Assembly: GCA_965217865.1 (NCBI GenBank)
Contig: CBDCJO010000002.1
Location: 4,704,001 to 4,768,000, forward strand
Reading direction: 5' to 3'
Source: Candidatus Latescibacterota bacterium
GTDB taxonomy: Bacteria; Latescibacterota; UBA2968; SICM01
Length of the DNA stretch: 64,000 bases
In this document: positions 59,934 to 64,000 of the stretch, one piece after another
Position numbering within the stretch: position 1 is the first letter of the stretch
Layout of the letters: each line of letters opens with the position of its first letter
Made by a program: the position numbers and the translations under genes
The notes under the pieces: generated by a model
Database searches by the model: none
What the model was told of the DNA's origin: nothing
What the model saw: only the letters and a program-made list of their open reading frames with translations

Positions 59934-60731
59934 ATGGATCATGCCGCCCATATCACTTGGGACATCAACCCGGAGGTTTTCAGCTGGGGGGTCATTTCGG
60001 TTCGCTGGTACGGCCTGTTCTTTGCGTTGAGCTTTTTCCTCGGGTTCCACATCGTCCAGTGGATCTTTCGAAAAGAAGGCAAACCCGAGCAAGGTTTGGA
60101 GCGTCTTTTAATTTATGCCATGACAGGGACGATCGTTGGGGCACGTTTCGGTCATTGCATTTTCTATGAACCTGCCTATTATCTGGCCAATCCGATTGAA
60201 ATCATTAAGTTCTGGCACGGGGGATTGGCCAGCCACGGCGGTGCTATCGGCATGGTCCTATCGGTTTATCTATACACACGTACCCAACCCGACCAAACCT
60301 TCCTGTGGTTGATGGACCGAATAGCCATTCCGGCCGCACTCGGAGGGGCCTTTATTCGCCTAGGAAATCTATTTAATTCCGAGATCATCGGGACGCCTTC
60401 CGAGGTGCCCTGGGCGTTCGTCTTCGCCCGAATCGATCCAGTTGCAAGGCATCCCGCCCAGTTGTATGAATCGATTGCCTACGGAATCATCTTCCTGTTT
60501 ATCCTTTCCATCTATCGGACGCGGCGAGACTTTACGCCTGGCGGTCTGATCCTGGGTCTGTATTTTGTGAGTGTGTTTGGATCGCGATTCTTAATTGAAT
60601 TCGTGAAAGAGCGTCAGGCCGCTTTTGGACACGAAATGTCACTCAGTATGGGGCAGTGGCTCAGCCTGCCGATAATTTTCGTCGGCGTCTTGCTTCTGTG
60701 GCGAACGCGTGCGAAACAGCAAACCCCCTGA
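59934..60731 (+). CDS. lgt: Prolipoprotein diacylglyceryl transferase
   Basis: RWYG, GARFGH, GGLASHGG, RLGNLFNSE, RHPAQLYE, RFLIEF, MGQWLS. Confidence 0.95.
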   Translation: MDHAAHITWDINPEVFSWGVISVRWYGLFFALSFFLGFHIVQWIFRKEGKPEQGLERLLIYAMTGTIVGARFGHCIFYEPAYYLANPIEIIKFWHGGLASHGGAIGMVLSVYLYTRTQPDQTFLWLMDRIAIPAALGGAFIRLGNLFNSEIIGTPSEVPWAFVFARIDPVARHPAQLYESIAYGIIFLFILSIYRTRRDFTPGGLILGLYFVSVFGSRFLIEFVKERQAAFGHEMSLSMGQWLSLPIIFVGVLLLWRTRAKQQTP

Positions 60732-60820
60732 GATGTTCACAAGACGATTTGGACGGACCAATCCGATTGGTTATTCACCGCCTTAGATTTCGGGGTGAGT
60801 AACATAATGTTGATCTGAAA

Positions 60821-60856
60821 TATCAAGGCCCGGATCTTTCGATCCGGGCCTTGATA
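60821..60856. terminator. Perfect 16-bp inverted repeat (terminator-like)
   Basis: TATCAAGGCCCGGATC-tttc-GATCCGGGCCTTGATA. Confidence 0.6.
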
Positions 60857-60986
60857 GCTTACGCCAGAAACACATTATTTTGGAGGTGTATCAGAGAAGC
60901 CTCTTGTGGGTATCGGCGACCTGTGTGCGCACATCTCCATCGATTTGAGAGACGAGTGTGGAAAAGGCGGGTAGATCGATGCCAAG

Positions 60987-61415
60987 GTGCCCCAGCGGGC
61001 CGGCGGGGCATTTCAGATCGGGGCAAAGAATACGGCTAACGATCGGTTGTCGGTGTCGATCAGGGATATGCGTGCGAGCGGAAGTTTCGTGAATACGGCT
61101 TCGTTATCCCTCGCAACGATTTCCAGTGCACAGAGCGCGATCACAAGCATAGATAATGCCATCTCGAAGGTTGCCCAGCAGCGGGGGGATCTTGGGGCTT
61201 CTCAGAACAGGATGCAGTTCAGCCTTCGAAATACGAATAACGCACTGGAGAACAACCAGGCCTCCGAGTCATCGATTCGGGATGCGGATTTCCCGGAAGA
61301 GATCTCAAAGTTCACCGGGGCACAGATCCGAACGCAGGCGAGCGTCGCCCTGTTGAGTCAGGCCAATATACTTCCCCAGAGCGCGCTGACCATCCTCGGT
61401 GGGGCCGCGAGGTAA
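60987..61415 (+). pseudogene. fliC: Flagellin C-terminal fragment (N-terminal helices missing)
   Basis: FQIGA, IDNAISKV..QRGDLGASQNR, SESSIRDADF..E, QASVALLSQAN.LPQSAL; in-frame TAG at 60972 upstream. Confidence 0.75.
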
Positions 61416-61706
61416 GTCGTCGTTCAGGTTTGGCGATCAGGAAAAGGGAGGTTCGTAGACAGGTAGACGATCTAAGGACTGATCACCATCCATATTTTTC
61501 CTCAAAGGCAGCCTGACGGCATCCCTGCCTTTGAACCCGTCGCCCGGCCGGAATTTCCGGCCGGGCGACATTGTTTATGACCCTACAGCTTTCCCCTTGA
61601 TTTCAGGGGGATGTGGCCGTAAATTCCAGTTCAATAGCCCCTTGCAGGCATCTAATCCTCGAGAAAGATCCCCACCGGTCCTTTCAAAAATCCAAGGATC
61701 CTATCC

Positions 61707-62537
61707 ATGGCTCAAGCCCCGGTGCTCCAGGCTGAATCCCTGGTCTGTGGTTATGACAATCTCCCCGTTTTGAAAGGCATTTGCCTAAAGCTCAGCCCGG
61801 GTGATTTTGTGGGAGCCATTGGACCCAACGGATGTGGAAAAAGCACCTTGATTCGGGCCTTGAGCGGGGTACTTCCAGCCCAGTCGGGGCAGGTCACTCT
61901 GGGTGAAAGGCCGGTTTCTCAGATGTCGAGAAGAGAGATCGCGAGGCAGATTGCTGTCATCCCGCAGGACACGACCACCACGTTTTCCTTCTCCGTGTTG
62001 GAGATGGTCCTGATGGGAAGAACGCCGCATATCGGGAGGTTTAAGGCGGCCGGGCCAAGGGATCTTAAGGTGTCTCTATGGGCCATGGACAGGACCCATT
62101 CCCTCCATCTCCAGGATCGGCCCATCACCGCCCTTTCGGGCGGAGAACGCCAGCGGGTGTTCGTGGCGAGGGCATTGGCCCAAGAGCCGAAAATTCTCCT
62201 GCTGGATGAACCGACGACTCATCTGGACCTTAACCACGAGGTGGAGATCCTTGACCTCTTGAATGAATTGAACAGGGAATACAAGATGACGCTTTTTTGT
62301 GCTTCACACGACCTGAACATCACCGCGGAGTACTGCTCTCAACTCTTGCTTATGCAGGAGGGCAGGGTTGTAGCGGCAGGGAGTCCGGATGAGATTATCA
62401 CACCTGGGAATATCAGTAATGTCTACGGTGTTGAGGTGATCGTCGAGGGGAGTCCCGCAACAGGTTCCCCCCAGGTGACGGTTGTGCCGCGGAAGGATGC
62501 GAGGAATGGAATTCGTAAGGCGTCAGATGGGGTTTAG
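61707..62537 (+). CDS. btuD: Cobalamin/Fe-chelate ABC transporter ATPase (BtuD-like)
   Basis: GPNGCGKST, LSGGERQR, LLLDEPT, SHDLN. Confidence 0.85.
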   Translation: MAQAPVLQAESLVCGYDNLPVLKGICLKLSPGDFVGAIGPNGCGKSTLIRALSGVLPAQSGQVTLGERPVSQMSRREIARQIAVIPQDTTTTFSFSVLEMVLMGRTPHIGRFKAAGPRDLKVSLWAMDRTHSLHLQDRPITALSGGERQRVFVARALAQEPKILLLDEPTTHLDLNHEVEILDLLNELNREYKMTLFCASHDLNITAEYCSQLLLMQEGRVVAAGSPDEIITPGNISNVYGVEVIVEGSPATGSPQVTVVPRKDARNGIRKASDGV

Positions 62538-63450
62538 AAAGATTATCGGAATCGTGCTGTTGGTCCCGGTATGCACCTCTTCAGCATGGCCTGGTCCGAA
62601 CGACTTCCCGGTTACGATTAAGGACGCCCTCGGTTTTGTTGTCATCCTGAGCCGTCCACCCCAACGGATCGTATCAATGGCTCCATCCATCACGGAAATC
62701 CTGTTCGCGGTAGGAGCGGGGGACGAGGTGGTCGGAGTTACAGAATATTGCGACTACCCCAACGATGCGCAGTCGAGGACGAAGGTGGGAGGATTTGCAA
62801 ATCCCAGCCTTGAGAAGATAGTTTCCTTGAAATCGTCCCTGGTCCTGGCGGCTCGGCACAATCCGATGACTGTGATCGATGGCCTCAGACAGCTCCAGGT
62901 GCCGGTGTTTGCCCTGAATCCGTCCAGCCTGGATGAGGTTTTGGACGCCATCGGGATCGTGGGAAGGCTGACAGGTCATACACTTGAGTCCGACAGCCTG
63001 ATCTCGGATCTGGGGGGGAGGGTCCGAAAGATCGAGGCCGTTGTGCGCGATCGATCGGAGAAGCCCCGGGTGCTATGGGGAAAAATAGATGCCCCGACTT
63101 ATACTGCCGGACCGGGGAGTTTCATCGGAAACTTGATCGATATCGCCGGAGGTGATAATGTGGCCTCAGACGCGGGAGTCGCCTGGCCTCTATTCGGCCT
63201 TGAGGCCATTGTGGCAAAAAACCCGGATGTGATCATCACATCAACCGGAAGCCCTGAAAAAATCCCAGAAATCATCCAGAAGATGAGTGAAACCGAAGGT
63301 TGGAGAGAAGTGACGGCCATAAAACGGAAGGCGGTCATTTTCGTCGATCTCAATCTGATCGGGAGGCCCGGTCCACGCATCGTCGATGGGCTTGAGGCCA
63401 TTGCCCGGGCGATTCATCCCGAGCTCTTCTCGGATCGGGACGGGAATTAA
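62527..63450 (+). CDS. btuF: Periplasmic cobalamin-binding protein (BtuF-like)
   Basis: PQRIVSMAPSITEILFAVG, CDYP, NPDVI, RPGPR. Confidence 0.85.
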   Translation: MGFRKIIGIVLLVPVCTSSAWPGPNDFPVTIKDALGFVVILSRPPQRIVSMAPSITEILFAVGAGDEVVGVTEYCDYPNDAQSRTKVGGFANPSLEKIVSLKSSLVLAARHNPMTVIDGLRQLQVPVFALNPSSLDEVLDAIGIVGRLTGHTLESDSLISDLGGRVRKIEAVVRDRSEKPRVLWGKIDAPTYTAGPGSFIGNLIDIAGGDNVASDAGVAWPLFGLEAIVAKNPDVIITSTGSPEKIPEIIQKMSETEGWREVTAIKRKAVIFVDLNLIGRPGPRIVDGLEAIARAIHPELFSDRDGN

Positions 63451-63546
63451 TCGTACCGAAATGTCAAAAAGATTGAGACTCCGACTTCGTTTCTAAACAT
63501 GATTTTTCGATCGAATCGAGAGTTCTCCTTTCGCCAATTAATAGTC

Positions 63547-64000
63547 ATGAAGTCTTTGATCCAGAAACCATTTGCATTTTACCCCCTCCTGACTGCCCTC
63601 CTTTTGGTTTCATTCGTGGTTTCAATCACCATCGGGGTGGCCTCCATTCCGGTCGCAGATGTCTTCCGGTCCGCTTTGATCGGGCTGCCTTGGGTGGGTC
63701 CAAGAATGGGGGAGGTGGACAGTACCTTTTTAACGATTGTTCGAGATATTCGATTGCCGAGGGCCATCCTGGGCCTTCTTGTCGGAGCCGCGCTGGCCTC
63801 TTCAGGAGCGGTTATGCAGGGGTTCTTTCGGAATCCGATGGCGGATCCATTCATCGTCGGAATTTCATCCGGAGCCGCCCTGGGCGCGACAGTAGCCTTT
63901 GTTCTGAAACTGGATGTTTATTTCGCAGGATTGGGTGCCGTACCGATTGCGGCCTTTGTCGGGGCCGTGGGATCCATTTTTCTCGTTTATGGATTATCCA
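63547..64000 (+). CDS. btuC: FecCD/BtuC ABC permease, runs off the window
   Basis: Manual translation: IRLPRAILGLLVGAALASSGAVMQGFFRNPMADPFIVGISSGA. Confidence 0.88.
   Translation, partial: MKSLIQKPFAFYPLLTALLLVSFVVSITIGVASIPVADVFRSALIGLPWVGPRMGEVDSTFLTIVRDIRLPRAILGLLVGAALASSGAVMQGFFRNPMADPFIVGISSGAALGATVAFVLKLDVYFAGLGAVPIAAFVGAVGSIFLVYGLS

Noticed and set aside
61416-61535. 6S RNA
   Set aside because: Only a short resemblance (CAGCCTGACGGCATC); the pairable region is too short and a closing stem is not convincing.

Overview
A 64-kb GC-rich bacterial chromosomal window with no rRNA, tRNA, CRISPR array or mobile element that I could recognise. A diderm envelope, a GWxTD-type protein, a dockerin-like tail, scattered flagellar paralogs and a sulfatase locus suggest a Latescibacterota-like or related lineage (inference). 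From left to right: a partial Na+/Pi cotransporter; frameshifted fliM; a frameshifted KGSADH-type aldehyde dehydrogenase; a TPR-GWxTD-FGE-fold secreted protein; an orphan DNA MTase; a tkt(N)-tkt(C)-rpiB-nrdR-nrdJ run with two tandem NrdR-box pairs; a kinase/regulator/HEAT trio; a catabolic locus (two uncharacterised oxidoreductase-like paralogs, Zn-ADH, Nramp-like transporter, sulfatase, DUF6807-like); dinG-lptF-hpf-hprK and lipoproteins; an SbnI-like kinase divergent from a DapA-family/dehydrogenase operon; thrC; a membrane-anchored FliG-domain protein; hpnCDE; and a large cobalamin-riboswitch-headed B12 uptake/salvage region containing a Fur-family/ZIP/DUF169/COG0523 metal module and ending in btuDFC. 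The best candidates for new biology are NrdR control extending to pentose-phosphate genes, a dockerin-tailed BtuG-like B12 capture protein alongside a DUF71 enzyme, and the paired-oxidoreductase/sulfatase locus. All family calls come from recalled motifs; no searches were run.
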